A model generated the notes under the pieces. That model made no database searches and was not told where the DNA came from. It saw only the letters and a list, made by a program, of their open reading frames with translations. From Haliotis rubra (Eukaryota), in the NCBI RefSeq assembly GCF_003918875.1, contig NW_025766043.1, positions 1-64,000 of the forward strand: a DNA stretch of 64,000 nucleotides. The letters are read 5' to 3'. The position numbers and the translations under genes were made by a program. Below are positions 48,290-63,200 of the stretch, piece by piece (the first letter of the stretch is position 1; every line of letters starts with the position of its first letter).

Positions 48290-51200
48290 CAGTGACATTC
48301 CACGATTGCATCGTGGAGATGTAAACGTGTACCTTATGGTTTACCAGATAGCAGTAAACTTTAATTCAGAAAATCGGCGATGGCAGATCATCGCTGTTAT
48401 CATTGATTTTCTGGGTATGAAACGAACATCGAAAGAACAATGCCAGTTAACCAATGAAGTTATTTGGAACAATAAATATTATCCTTAGAAAGAATATTAA
48501 ATTATCTTAGAAATGATTCGGCTCTACCGCCATGTATAGTGTTATAAAGCGCGCTTTAAGCCTAAACTGTTATAGCGTTAAAGTACTTTCGGACATGGCG
48601 TCATGCTAACTATAATAGTTCGAAGTGTTTTAACCACTTAGCAATGAGTGGTAAGCGAACAAATGTTTCTTGGTAATAGTAACCGCTGAGCCGATTGTTT
48701 GGGCGGTTTTATTATTGCTGTGATATTGTCTGTTGTCTTATGTGTTGCATTAACTGGAGCTAGTGTTTGATGAAGTGATGCCGAATCTGTTTTCTGTTGC
48801 CGAAAATTGACTCGTGGTCTGTGGATGCGGAGAGACAAAGGAGAATCGCATCGTTTGAATCGTTTATCGTGCATCATCGAGAATGAATTTTGACGGAATT
48901 TCTGTTGATCATGGGGTACATGAACGCCGTTTCGAGCAAATTCTTTTGATGAGATGCGCTAATAAATTATTCCCCGCTAAACTTTGATGCGGTTCTTAGC
49001 CGCGTTCCGGAACTGCGACATCGAAATACGGAATGTGGCGGCGAATCTGGGGTTCACTGGTCGAAGACGCAGCGATATCACGCGATGGTCAAAGTGGATG
49101 TAATTTCTTCATCATTTCTCATGTTTCCGAAGTGGGCAAAATTGCTGGTGCTTTCGACGGTGGCATCAGCACGCCTGATATTTTCCTTGCTGACGTTTTT
49201 AAAATGAAACCGCATGATAAATGACGGAGAGTCGGCGGACCGCGTGTTGACTGTACAAATTTTAACGCGGCGAAAAACGCTGGACTACCGCTGTTAGCAC
49301 CGATACTGAACCAATTATCTCGATGTGCCGCTTCGGCGGGTCCTCATGACTGACGGAAGACCTGTGACGACTGACCGGGGAACCTGGTCTACACTGCGAA
49401 GTCGAGGCCAGAGCACCATTATCATCGTTTCTGACAGGACGGCAGTTCACGGAAGTCATTTCGACCTGTTGGAAATGATGCGGTACTCGGCGTAACTGAA
49501 CATGACGGCAGGATGCAGCAGGATATTTCGCTGACTGCATCGTTGGTGCTTCGTCGTCGGACATATTCAATACGATTAAGCCGAGGAAGATTGAGGGTTC
49601 CATTTGTTGACGAAACGACCAGCTCGGATCAGTTGGTCGATCTTTAACGATTGACGTAGTCGTATCTGAACTGGCGTTGATGAATTGGTGAGGAGTCAGT
49701 GACGACTCTATTATTTCGGTGTTTCGTGGACGCATGTTCATCGAGATTTCTTTGATGAAGCGGAATCGTTGAACACGGCTTTGTTGAATCGTGACGCCAG
49801 CGAACGAGAAATGAGTACTGGAGGGTTATGGTTATTTCTTATGAAACAGGTGAACAATGGCGCACTATACATCGATCGCAGGTATCGCGGGATTGTTTTA
49901 GATTGGCTGATCCGCAATCGCTGACTGACTTTCGTTTGGTGTTGATTATTTTGCTGAATGACGATCTATTAACGATCGCGGAAGGGCACTGACTGTTTGT
50001 GATGATTAACCGATCGTTGTTGCTGAATATTTTGATCTATTACGACGTCGCTGAGACGACTGTTTGATATTGATTATTGATCGTTGATGATGCTGATGAC
50101 TGATAACGATATCGCTTGAAGATTTGTTTCGACGTGATGATTATTGATCGGTTATTGATGCTGCTGAATGACGATGTATCATGACGACATTGATTATTGA
50201 ACTGATCTGTCGCGGAAAGCGACCGTTTGTGCCGATGATTGACGATCGATTGGTGATAACTGATAACGAAAGTATTTGTGTTATCGATGGACATTGACGC
50301 CTTTAGATGTTTTGTGATCGCTTGAACTGGTGGGCTTCGTTTTGTTATTGATGGGATGATGATCCTGATATTGATAGAGACTTTATTCATGAGTTATATT
50401 TTGAATGACGATCTGATAATCGCTGAAGACGATGTTTGTTCGGTGTCGATTGATGACGCAGATGGCGTCTCGATAACAATCGCGAAGACTTTGTGTTGTG
50501 TTATTGATGTTGCTGATAGATGACGATCTATTGCGAAACGATAAACATATGATTGATCGGAACGATATTTTATGATGGAACGATATTTTCTCTGTTGTAA
50601 TCCTTGAAGAAGACTGATTTCGATGATGATCGTCGATTATTGACTGGCTTTGATATTCGCTGAAGAAACTGACTGAAATTGATGATGGAAGTGTTTGATC
50701 TGTGTCTGGAAGACTGATGATCGGTGATGTTCGGTTGATGACACCACAGATATTTTGATCTAAACAATCGCTGAAGAAGCTTTGACTGTTTAGCCAAGAG
50801 ACGCCTTTAGATATTTTGATCCCTGACAACCGATCTGAAGAGATTTGACTTCATTATTTAGATGGCACGATCTATTGAAGAAGCGCTGTTTGATGATTAT
50901 TGATGGAATGACACTTGCTGGTGACTTTGATCCTGACGATCACTTTAGAACTGTTTGTGATGATATTGTCGCGCTTTGGAATGGCACGATCTGTTAGTCC
51001 TTGCGAGAAGACTGACTTTGTTGGTAATGACGCAGATGTTTGATCCTGTCGTATCTGAAGAACTGTTTTGTTTAACGGGAATTATTCGATCAGTTGACTT
51101 TCTTCAGATAACGATCCTGTGATCGCGAACTTTGATGTTATTGATTATTGTCGGTGGTACGATCTATTGATCCTTGAAGAACTTTGACTGATGATTATTG

Positions 51201-54200
51201 ATCGGTTATTGATGCCACAGATATTTGATCTGATATTCATGACGACTGTTTATAAACCGGTATGGTTGTGTTTTCTTTGGAAACGATCTATTCGCTGACT
51301 TCGACTGTTGATGATGTTATTGTCGGTGTTACTGCACCGATGACGTTCTATTGATCTTTGAACGACTTTGATTACGTATTTTGAATGATCACCAGTAACC
51401 GATCGCTTGGCGGCTTTGAACTGATGACCGGTATCGGTTGACACCAGATGTTTCGATCACAATGATGACTGACTGTTTATTGATGATGATATGGAATATT
51501 GATGCTTTAATGACGATCTATTGTCGCAGTGACTTCGATGACGCGATAAGTTATGTTTAACGAATGACTTTGATCTGTGTCGATCTGGAAGACTTTGATA
51601 TTCGGTTATTGACGCAGGTGACGGTCTGTAATGATCTGGTGCGATTTTGTTGCATGCATCACTTTCTTACGCCTCCCATGAAATGCGGGCGAGGTATTTC
51701 ATTGCGTTTATTGTGTTGATTTTGCATATTATGTTCAAATTTGTAACTTCGGACGCAATACGACTGTTGAGACCCGGGTAACAACGTCGGGAACTATGCG
51801 AAAGAACTTTCTTTACGCTGTACGGTACGGCCAATGTTCGGGTCGACAAATGGAAACCGACCGATACTGTTTCATCGAACACTGTCTTCAACGGTAACAT
51901 GGCGTCGTTAGACCATTACGCCTCTAGCGACCGATTACTGATGAAACAGCGGCGAAATGATGATGAACTGTATGGCGGATGTTATTACCTTTTCGTCTGA
52001 AACAAACGTGCGGGCGGGAGCGCTGTGATTTTTAAAATTGTTGAATATACATAATGCGTTGTTCGAAGTGTTATTTCCGTATTGTGGTGCATCAGGCTAA
52101 CAACCAGGCGTATCGTGTCGTTATGCGGCACCATTTTGAAGGCCAGCGAAGTCAGAGATAACGACAAAACTTCAATGATAAAGTTATCGCTCTTTTGGGA
52201 ATTAACTACGGCGAAGTTCGGTACTACGCGATTATGAACGCTGAAAAGATTACTTCATACAATTTAAAGGCAATGGTGATATTTACTGGCAGGTTTAGCA
52301 CGGGGTTCGTAGCGGTGCGGGGTCTACGGTAAGATAAAAGCCCACCGCCGACTAGATCGCAGAATGGCCAGCACAACAGCATGGTGATCGCCAACTGGAC
52401 ATCCTCGGCTACCGGCATCCCCAGGTACCCGCGGCTGATGTGGCTCATCGAATCGCTGCGATGTTGTCGACGATCTGCTGTCACGGGAATTCTGCGGTTG
52501 AAAGACGGATTATTGAACGAAGGCGGTATTTTGGCTTTGAAAGACTATCGCCGGTTGCCCTGAAGACACCAGCGAGCATACCAGGAAAGAAATCTACGCT
52601 TAAACGGGTAAATTGACGCACCAGTCGCAATGAAAGTGTTCGCTATGGCATTGATGATGTTAGCGATGTTCTGTACCATTCTGTTCAGCTGAGCACTGAA
52701 TCGTAATACCGTATTATTTATATGCATGCGAAATTCTGGTAAACTGATATGAATGCCCGATAGGTACGCTCGCATTTCCTTCAACATGGCTGTCGCCAGT
52801 GTTAGTATTATTCGTAATTGGAGATCTCCCTGTTAGGCTGTGTCGAACGGTGATAAATCCTTTTGATACTTCCACGAAGCAAACACTGAAGCATGGTATT
52901 ATTAGGCTTCAACTGGGTGAGTGAACGGCACTAACATGATGCGGTCGGTACTCAAAAGTGGAGTTTCTTACTGACATTATGTTATAGTTTCTTCGTTTTC
53001 TTGATTTTTCTGACGTTTAACATACTGATAAGCAATGTAACTGTGCAATGACGTATGCCTCTAACGGACCAGGTAAAGTTATGTGAATGAAGACGGTGGC
53101 AAGGTCAAATGAACTCAACGAGGATCACATCTGGGCTTGTAGGATACTAATTTTACTGTTCATAACCATGGTTTATTATGCGTGTTTCAACTAAATATGG
53201 CAATGTCGGTTAATGCATTTGGTTGTTGACGACCATGGTTTAATATTATTGAAGCGGCGGCTGATTGCAACCCTAACCCTGACTGATCCCTTCGTATTAT
53301 TCTACTTTTGTTAAAGACGACTTTTCTGTTCGCCCGTAACGGTAACTGATGTTAAACAGATCGCTAGTCGGCTGATTCACATGAGCGCAGTATTGTTTCT
53401 GCGGGTAGATGTTAACGAATATTTGCTGGCGTGGTAAACTGAACCTGCCCGTACCGGCTGTGACGGTGGCATGAATGACGCTGGTGTGCTCGGACTTTGG
53501 TGTCGGTGCGGTGTTGGTTGTTGTGTTGATGGCTTTATGTGTGCATTGCAACGTTGACCATTGACTGTTGCTTTATTGGACGGTGATATGGTGTTTTATT
53601 GTTGATGTTATGGACATCGAAAAGAAGGCGGCAGTCTTTTTAACGGCTCGTATATACGTTATTGGGCATTGATTCTTCATACCTTGGTGAGGATACATGT
53701 TCGGCGTTGAAATATTAGGCAAAGGTATTGTTATGAACTCGCCCGTCGCTTCGCTATATGTTCGCCGGCGATATCGACTGATAGTGTTGCTGATTTACGT
53801 TCGTGCTGGAATTGGTCGAACGGCGCTCATGCGCCGGTCGTACGGGCATTCGATCGAGAATCATCCGTCAAATTGAATGAACTGTTTCAGAGGCGGTGGC
53901 TTTCACGACTGACTGCTGTCGGTTGGTAACGGTGCAGGCGTGGTCTTCCATTATGTTGCTGCTCTCTGCTCAGGCCTAAAATGCCAGTATCGTTATGCCG
54001 GTGAAGAAATGACGTGAACGGTCGGTATCGTTAGTTTCCTTGGCCCGGAAATGTTTTGTTGGATATGGTTACCGTCGAGAATGCTGTATTTTGTTTAGAA
54101 GTTGGTTGGTTGACGTTGAAGACGAATGCCGATATTCACGTCATGAACGCCGGCGATATTAGTCGAGTCGTTATCGTATGAAGTGCGGTATTGGTAAAGA

Positions 54201-57200
54201 ATGAGCTATATTGAATTGATTGTTGATTTGGTTTTTGGCGTAAATTCCGGCACCTAGGCGGTCGCAGACGAACGACCCGGCGTAAATAGATCTGGCATGA
54301 CCGGGCTGTTGATGACCGAGATAAATTACCGGATGGATTCGAACTACGTTTGGTTATGAGGCCAATGATGACACCGGACGTCGCGGTAGTAGCGAACGGT
54401 TACTGACTATACGATGCGACGGTGACGGTAATGGTCGAAATACGGTATTTTGTTGAAGGGCCAGTTCCTTTTGGTGACACAATGCGTGTTGACAATGCCC
54501 TTCTGAAAGGTGGAAGCCGCCCCTGAGTGGTGATTGGTGCGTAGCAGCAGCAATGTTACGGCATTGTCGCGGTGGTGCCCTGAGACTCGCGTTCTTCGTG
54601 ACCGGGAACGATATTGCTATTCCCGTTTTGATGCAGAGCATTTGGGCGAACGGGCGTCGAAATATTCTGCATGGAATCACGGGCGTGGTAAACCAATACA
54701 TCTTGCTGGTTTGAGTGATGATTGACGTGTTTTTATGCGGCTTTGACATTCCGGCGGCTTATCGCGACGAACGCAAGTGAATGGGCTACGGTTGATGCGG
54801 TATTGGCAAATTGTTGTTGATTTATCGGCTGTGGAGACGCGAATGTTGATGACACATGGAAATCGGCTAATAACGGAAACCGAGGTCATTCATCTGACAA
54901 ACTGTTCCACGACTGTTCCGACGACTGATCGAATGATATATTGCGTCCGTGTCACCGGCTGTTGAATATTGATGCATTTGTCGTTGATCGGCATGTCACG
55001 GTGAATTAAGCGTTTGTTCATCGGAAATCAGATCGACTTTCAACGAAAGTGTTTTCGGTTCAATGACGAAATCGTATTAACTGGCGCAGTATCGGCGTGT
55101 AACGTTATAACCTATTTATTGAGTTGGCTTCGTCTTGCTGTTTGTTATGCGTTACTCCCCGGTCATGGTAGCTTCGGGTGGGCTGGCAACAGTTTGCAAA
55201 CGGTAGTCTGTTGTCTGGGTATGAAGTTGGTAACACCGACTTGGTGGAAGATGTCATTTGTTATTGATGAACTGATATACTGGCCCGTACGATGCGACCG
55301 GTGATGCCGGAGATTTTGTTTTGGATGGCGGTGCTTATAACGCCTGCCCGCGCCGCCCGGCGGAACTTCGACTGTTCTCGGCGTTGCAATCCCGTGCCGT
55401 CGATGGCGACTATTTTACGGGCTAATGAATAAATCGCGTGCGTCGTTGCGTCTGTCTTTGTTTGGTGAATTAGCGACGTGGTGTTTTCGATGACTTTTCG
55501 GCAACATAATCAATGGTGCTGCGTGAAAGATGACCGAGGACTTACGGTATAAGTTGTGATCATCGGTGCCATCGATTTTATATTTTATTGAACTTTGTTT
55601 GCATCCGTAACCGCTTGTATACGATATGTTGAACACTCTTCTTTCTGGAAGCTTCGGATGTTGATATATTGTTGTCGTGTTGATTTTATGTTCGAGGTAT
55701 TCTGAATATGAATTGATCATGTCTGGAAAAATTACTGGTCGAAGCCATGGTCATGGTAAAGACGAATGTTGCCTGGTACGCATTCATGTAGTACGTGAAC
55801 GAAGATTGGCGGTCATGCGAATTATCAGGTAATCTGAACCATACGGTAGAATATTAACTTCCAGAACGACATCGAATGCGAATAGGAACGAGAAGGAGTT
55901 ATGAACCGTTATCAATGTTGTTGCTTTCGCCACCAGGCGACGAATGTTTAACGGTTCTTGATCGTACATCGAACTTTCTCATTTTTCCGGAAACTCCGAT
56001 GGCATTTCATCGTTCGACCCGATGGAAGAATAATTATTTATTACTGCCGTAGCAGCAATGTTCAGCTATGACGACCGAAATGAGCTTCGCACATTGTGCT
56101 ACAATGAGGATTCGAACCGATTAACGGTGTTGCTAATTTACCGATGAGGAACTTAATCGATTACGTCCGAGTACGGTCGCTGAATTGATCGAAGTTGTTG
56201 TTTGATCGCGCCTCTAGTACGGTCGCTGAATTATCGGAAGTTATTGTTTGATCGCGCCTCACGATTAACGGATTAATCGAAGTTATTGTTTGATCGCGGC
56301 TTTCAGTGCTAGTTAATCGAAGTTGACCCGTTGATCCCCGCCTACAGGTAACAGTTATTCAGTTGTTGTTTGGTCGCCTCAGGTACGATTAACAGTTAAT
56401 CGGATGACCCGTTTGATCGCGCCCTCTGAGTACGGTCTTTAGTTTGTCGCGGCTCTCAGTACTGCGGCGAACGTCGCGTGACGGCGAATTGTTTAGTGAC
56501 CTTCTTCTGAACTGAAACGACACTCGGCCATTCTAATGGCGTCGTTACAGGTAACGAAAGAGATGATCATCCTGTCATTACCAGGATCGTTTTGGTCAAT
56601 GAAGTTGTTGCAGTCAACTCCGCAGTTATCGCGCTCTATTTGTCGGGCATTGGTGCTTCATGGTTTCGGCTTGTTCGAACGTTGCTAGGATGAACAACTT
56701 TGGGGCGCACAGGTTATGGGCATGATGTTTGATATTGATGAGGCTACCCGCTGATGTTGCTTACTGACATTAAACAGGCGATTTAGCGAACTGTGCGAAT
56801 GTTAATGAAAACGTACGTGATGTCTGTGATATCGCCAGACTGACATATTCGTGTTGTCGAGCCAATGTCTTGTCGAAGACTCGGTTATTGATGATTGTTG
56901 TATGGTCGAAGATGATTCAGTGTTGATGATTTATTAGTATTGTCGAAGATATTTGGTATTGTTGTCGAGGAACATAATAGCTGTGTGTTGAAGATGATAT
57001 TGTTGTCGGGTATTTGTTAATCGGTTTATTGTCGAAAATGATTCGTCGAAGCGTGTTGTGTTAAATTGATGATTTAACGGTATCGAAAATGATTGTGTGA
57101 ACCAATTTATTGATGAAGGCTGATATTGTAATGGAAAGATGATTTGTCCGAAGCGATATTCTGTTGTCGAGTTGTCGAAGATGTTATGCTTGTCGAAGAA

Positions 57201-60200
57201 GATGGTTATTATTGTTGTCGAAGAGACCGTCGAAAGAATGATAGAGAACGTATTCGTTGATCGAAGAAATGTTCGACGTGTTGTGTTATCGGCGACTGTT
57301 GTATTCGATTGATCGAAGGACGATCGTGATGATGATAATGTTGTATTGTTGTCGAAGACTGATCGAAGATGATTTGTTATGCTGTCGAGAGGACTGTTTG
57401 TGTTGATAAAATGTTCTGTCATTTCGGATTCGGTTGTATTGTTGTCGAAGCTAAACGCATTTCGAAGCGACCGGTATTGACATTGTCGAAGGCGATGATT
57501 TTGGTTGTCCGGCGATGACTAACGTTGTCGAAAATGATTTAGGCATTTTCAAGCGTGTTATCGAGAGATGATTTTATTGTTGTCGAAGGATTCATTGGAA
57601 TTTTCGAGAGAAGATTCGGTTATTAATGTTATCGAAGAGATGGTTGGTTATCTCACGCAACCTTCCTCATTGTAACTTACCTGATCTACTACTCGGTCGA
57701 TACGACGTTGGCGTGCTGGCTGACCTCACCATCACTGACATACTTCACTACGCAATACTTCTTCAGATACTGGCTTTGCGCAATGAAAGGAGAATATACC
57801 GACAAATCGAGTCGACATCTGGCTTTAGTATTCCGCACCAGCTCTGCTAACCGATATGTTTTCGCCGGTCTTAACGACGCCAATAAATGATCTTACGGCT
57901 GATGCAATGCTACTAATGTCGAAGATTCGTGCTGCCGAACGATATAACGATGGAGATAAATCATCTTCATTTTAAAAATGTTTCAATATATTCAATGACA
58001 TTCATAATTTTTTAAATGTTTCATTTATTGATTGGCGGTACGCGGCAATGACTTTAACTGGTCGTGATGTTGTAAATGTACGGACGTGTCGTAATTGAGA
58101 ACTATTCGCGAATTCACTTTGAACAGGCGGCCTCTGGACTGACGTCGTGAATGGTATGACGCTGTGACGTGATCCGGCGAAGCTAATCTTGACGATCTTC
58201 ATGGGAACTCGGCTTCTTGTCTTTATGAGGATAATCTTATGCGACTGGTGCAACGGCGCGATGAATGGGGCCATGGTGGCAGTCCGCTTCTCGCCTGAAG
58301 ACTGCTCGCGAAAGGACGCTACGTGAAGGCGTTGATTACTGTCGGTACAGGTGTAAAACGCTCTCTGAATCGCTTTAAGTGTCTGTTCATGACAGTTCGT
58401 TGAGCATGGACACCGAAGTAACGCGATGAATGTCGGTCGTTCGACGAGCATGACTTTGCAGTCAGACTAAAGAAGCCGTGGTGTATCAGCCATTCGATGC
58501 TGCGGCGGGCGGTGATGACAATAGCAATTCGAAGTAATCGTCGCCCGGTTTGTGGGCGATCCCCACGAATTTCGGAAATACGAAAATACCGGTGCTAAAC
58601 GATCTGAAATGGTGTGGAGGCTAAGCAAGCATAATTTTGTCCTTACTAAAACATGTTGTACCGGTTATGAAATGGTGTGATTACCCAGGTTGATACGACG
58701 AAATATTAAATCTTTGCTCGAACGTCATAACTTTTCGCATGCTCGACTTTTTCATCGAACTGGCTGCCGTAGGCGAACTGGCAGCTGCGGTATTGTTGAC
58801 GTTTTAATGAGGGACGTTTGAACGCATTTGTGAAATGTCATGATTGAGCGTCAACGCTGTACACCAAGAAGAATGGTTTCAAAATATTTTCGCGGTACCG
58901 ATAAATTCCAATCGAATATTTCATCGTGGTGTCTGACCTGTCGATGCATGCCTGAGCGACCGATTTTCGGGGTATCACCGGGCATTAAACGACGACGGTC
59001 TCGGGCGACGACTCGGCTTTGCCAAATAGTCACCGAACTAATGATTTGGTACAGGTGGTCAACTGTGCCACCAAGTTATACGCTGTTCATGAAGTAACGG
59101 TGTTTATGGCTTTGAGTCACCGGTATTGATGAATTCTGGTGGGTTGAACGCCTTGTCACGTGACGAATCTTAACCTGATTATTTAACGCGTTTTGTAGAA
59201 TGTCGTCTGTTGGATGACTACCGCATCAGCTTTATATCGCCATGGCTGTGGATGAAGACGCCGGTCGTTCGGCAACTATTCCATTGTCTGTAATCTGCGT
59301 CGAGCGGCTGCGGACATTTTGGGGTTTATGTGATAGCGTTACCGTAGTTGATTACCGTAACGGCAACCGAGGAGCACTGATTGATACCACGGCGTGGAGA
59401 TGCGGGCATGAACTGGTGATGGAAGAGTTGGTAACTCTGTCGTCATCTTTGACCCGACGCCGCGATACTACGTCGGGTGGGAGCGCGAGCAGAGGAGATT
59501 TCGGTCGGTGTCGAATAGTCAGCTACGCGATATGCAGGATATGCGAATTGACCGGCTGCGTCGTCGTTAAAATGTTTGTTATGACCGAGAGGAGAAATTT
59601 ACATTATGCTGGAAATGGCGTATTCGGGCTGATGCATGCATCTGTCTGATATAGGTGTTTCTGTGTGTGACAACTTGATCCCAGTGACCTCGCTTTAGTG
59701 ACGTGCATATAGTTCCGTAATCGCGTTAACGCCATTGGAACGTTGGTCGCTCTTCGGCCTGGCTTCGCGCCGATATCGCGTGTTCAGTACGTAATAATAA
59801 CGTCAGCGTCGGACTGGAATGACCCGTTTACCTAAACGGCTGTTATGGGCCCGGTGTTGTTGTTTCCCGTAGAAGATAAGTTACCCTGTTCTGTCGCTTC
59901 GTTTAGTCGGAAATACTTGTTGATAGTAGTACGGTAGCTTTGTAAACAGTTTCGAGAATGGTATTGTCAGCTCACTGGCTCATTCTCGGTACACAGCGGC
60001 TTTAGAGCCATATGTACTTCTTTCCGCATATTGGTTGGTACAGAATATACTGGCGAATGAATTTTACGTAATGGTGATATTTTATAACTGAAAATTTTTT
60101 GTTGGTCTTGTTGGTATTGTGAAAATATGACATATGCGCCCGATCTAGGAAGACAGATTATTCCGAAGCATCTTTCACATACGCTCCAATCCTGCCATCG

Positions 60201-63200
60201 AGTGGTGTTTACCGAAACCAACGGACCTGGATTTTATCATTTAAAGATTTGTTGATATTGTTTGAAGATTATTAACAAATATGACATATAGCCGATCTGC
60301 CGTTAATGCTCCAGGCGTTGGTGTTTCACAATGATTCAAAACATCTTTCACGCGCCTACATTTTTGTATTCATCGGGTGAATACCTGGCTCGGTAATGAA
60401 TAGTTTATTTGAAAATTGACCAGTCCGGTGTCAATAAAATATGATATCGTAATCTGTGAAGCTGGTCGTTTCTGGATGAAGTTCAAGCATCTTTCGCCGC
60501 CTTCATTTTATGAGAATATGCAAATCGAGGTAATTCGTTGTGTCTAATAACAGTTTTGATTTAAAGAAAATTGTTAATTTGGTATTATTGAAGCGCGAAC
60601 ATTATGCGCCGTTATTACTGAGGCGTTGTTGGTGTTTCAGATATTGTTCAAAACAAACGCCTTTGATTTTGTGAGGGAGAACTATACCGTCGAATGATTT
60701 TTGCAATCAATGATGATAGTTTTGTTTTTGTTGATCAGATGATATTAACCATGAACATCGCCGATCTGTTTAACGATAAGCCATTATTAACTTCAACGAT
60801 GTTATGATTCTGAAAACTTCTTTCTTGTTCCGATCTTGACGACAAGGTGGAAAGGTGTTTTCTGAAACTTTAATGATGATTCTAAACTTTCTGTTCTTGA
60901 GGGGTCTGTGTTTGATCGTCTGACTTCTGTCCTGCCCATCAATCATTCCGCACGTACCAATAAAATATGCGAATTGGTTACTAATAATATAGCGGTACGC
61001 AAAGGACGGCTGATGTTAACATACTGCAGTTTTGGTTCAATGTTTGAGGAGGAAGATGACGTGTTGGCTCATTTATTCTTCTTTGTTCTTTCTTGAACAA
61101 CTTCGTTCGTTAAAATTGTATTCAATTGGAATTCATTCGGAAATTCGATCTCACGCGTACTTGTTAGCGCGGCGAACGATTCTGTGGGTGAAACGGCGGC
61201 GTCGTGTGGCGTGATTCAACTGTTGTGGTATCTGATTTATTGGCTGCTGGTGTTGATTATGGTGCGTAAAACTGTGCTGTCTTTAGGTTCTTTCTTTGGG
61301 TTAAAATTCAACCAGTATTCGATCGATAGAATTCGTCGTCCTATTCGACGGTGCGTGTTTGAACTTGTTGAAGCGATGATAACGCAACGATTGTGCCGGT
61401 TTTCAAATGCGCGCGGTGTCTTCTGCAGGCAACGAAACTGACTTATGACTTTAAATGACGGTGATGTTTGATACCCAGGTGGCGTGCTCGCGACGAGGAA
61501 TGAGTCTTCTGTTGTTGTTCGCGGCAATCTGATGCGTGTTCGTTTTCTTGCCCTGGAAAGTTTGACGGTAACTCGTAGGCGACTGCACGGGCGACAAGAG
61601 CATAAACGGATAATGCGACATGTCATCACTATGATACGTGAACTTCTGAGAGATGTCGCGGTAAATTGAACGCATGGTGTCAATCGGCAATACCGTGGGC
61701 TGGCGGCCGCGAACGAAGTGTGCTGATGTGCGTGATGACGTAACGACCGTAATCGTCGGTCGACAACGACACCAACTGCTTCCTGCGCATCGTATTATCG
61801 GGTTGAGAATATTACGAGACATAGATTTGTCGTGGAGCTTCGATTTGATGATCAATAGTCGGCCTTGTTGACTGGCGTTAATCTTCAGGTACTGGTGCTT
61901 TCCTCAGATGATCTCTTCACGCTGTACTGAAATGGGCTGTTATGTCTCGTTTATCCACCTGTCTGAATTTCAGGGCCCCGCTTTGTTCGTTCAAGTTTTG
62001 ATTTGGGTTGTTGTCGATCAGGATGGTAACCAAATGATGATGGTTCGTGATTGAAATTACCCTGTCACGAACATGAAATTATAGTGCGACTTCGAGATGA
62101 GCTGAAGCGACTTGTTTATTCGATGGACGAAATGAAACAATGAAGGTAGACCTTATCGTTATTAATAAACTTCGTGAAGTCAAATTAGCATCTATCAGAA
62201 GCGCGGCAGAAGACTTTTCTTTCTGTGAAATTAACGTCATTATGTGAACATAATGTAAGATATTCTGCCAAACGTTCATTAATAATGTTTAACTTTCGCT
62301 TTCATGCCTGTTTATCAACGATCTTCACTCTTTACCGAAGATGATATTGGAACCTCCACCTTCGGTATAGTCCAGGCTGAGCTTGATTTGGTCTTTGTTG
62401 TTAACTAATATTACAAAGTGCGACACCGGTTATTAGTCTGGTACCGGGTGCTGGAGCTCGACGAATAAACATCTAGTTCAATAACGCTATTTCTTTCATT
62501 ACATATTGCGGTAAACGATCTTGATTAGGTTTATCTTGGGTTGCGCCGATCTGAGTCGGCATCTTCATCGACGTCAAAGGATGAAGAAAGCTCTGGCCGT
62601 TAAACGGATCCATCACCTTTAAATGAATGTTATGTTCTTCTTCTGGCCCTCTGATTAGAGAGCTTTCATCATTTGCGGTTTTTAAGTGAAGACAAAACTG
62701 GTTGGCTGTTATTGTTTGTTTGAAATGATAAATGGCTTTATGTTTAAGCTGTTGTTGTCAAATCTATCATCAATGCGTAGTCATAGTAATTCTTTCTATC
62801 GGTATTAAGGACGTATTCGTATTGAATTAATCGGTCTGAGTGAAGCTTCGGCGCCGGTTTTGTTTGCCCTGCCGCTACTGAGAGTCAATAACGATAATTT
62901 TCGAGACAAGTTGCCAGACTGTTGATTATGGACGTTGAAAGATATTGGATCCATACGCTTTTAAATGAATGTTATGAACTAGCGGCTCTGACGTTCAAAT
63001 CATTTTTAAAGCTATTGAACTTCGAAATCGTTGTCATACGGTAAAATCTTCATCGAAGAACAACGATAATCATGGTGAACAAAGTGATTGACCATGACGG
63101 TTATGTTCCCTTCGGCATTATATTACGATTGGCATTGTCATATACTTTGGAAGTTGACTTTGTTCGTTATATTCAACGTGATGATATTTGAATGCGAACA

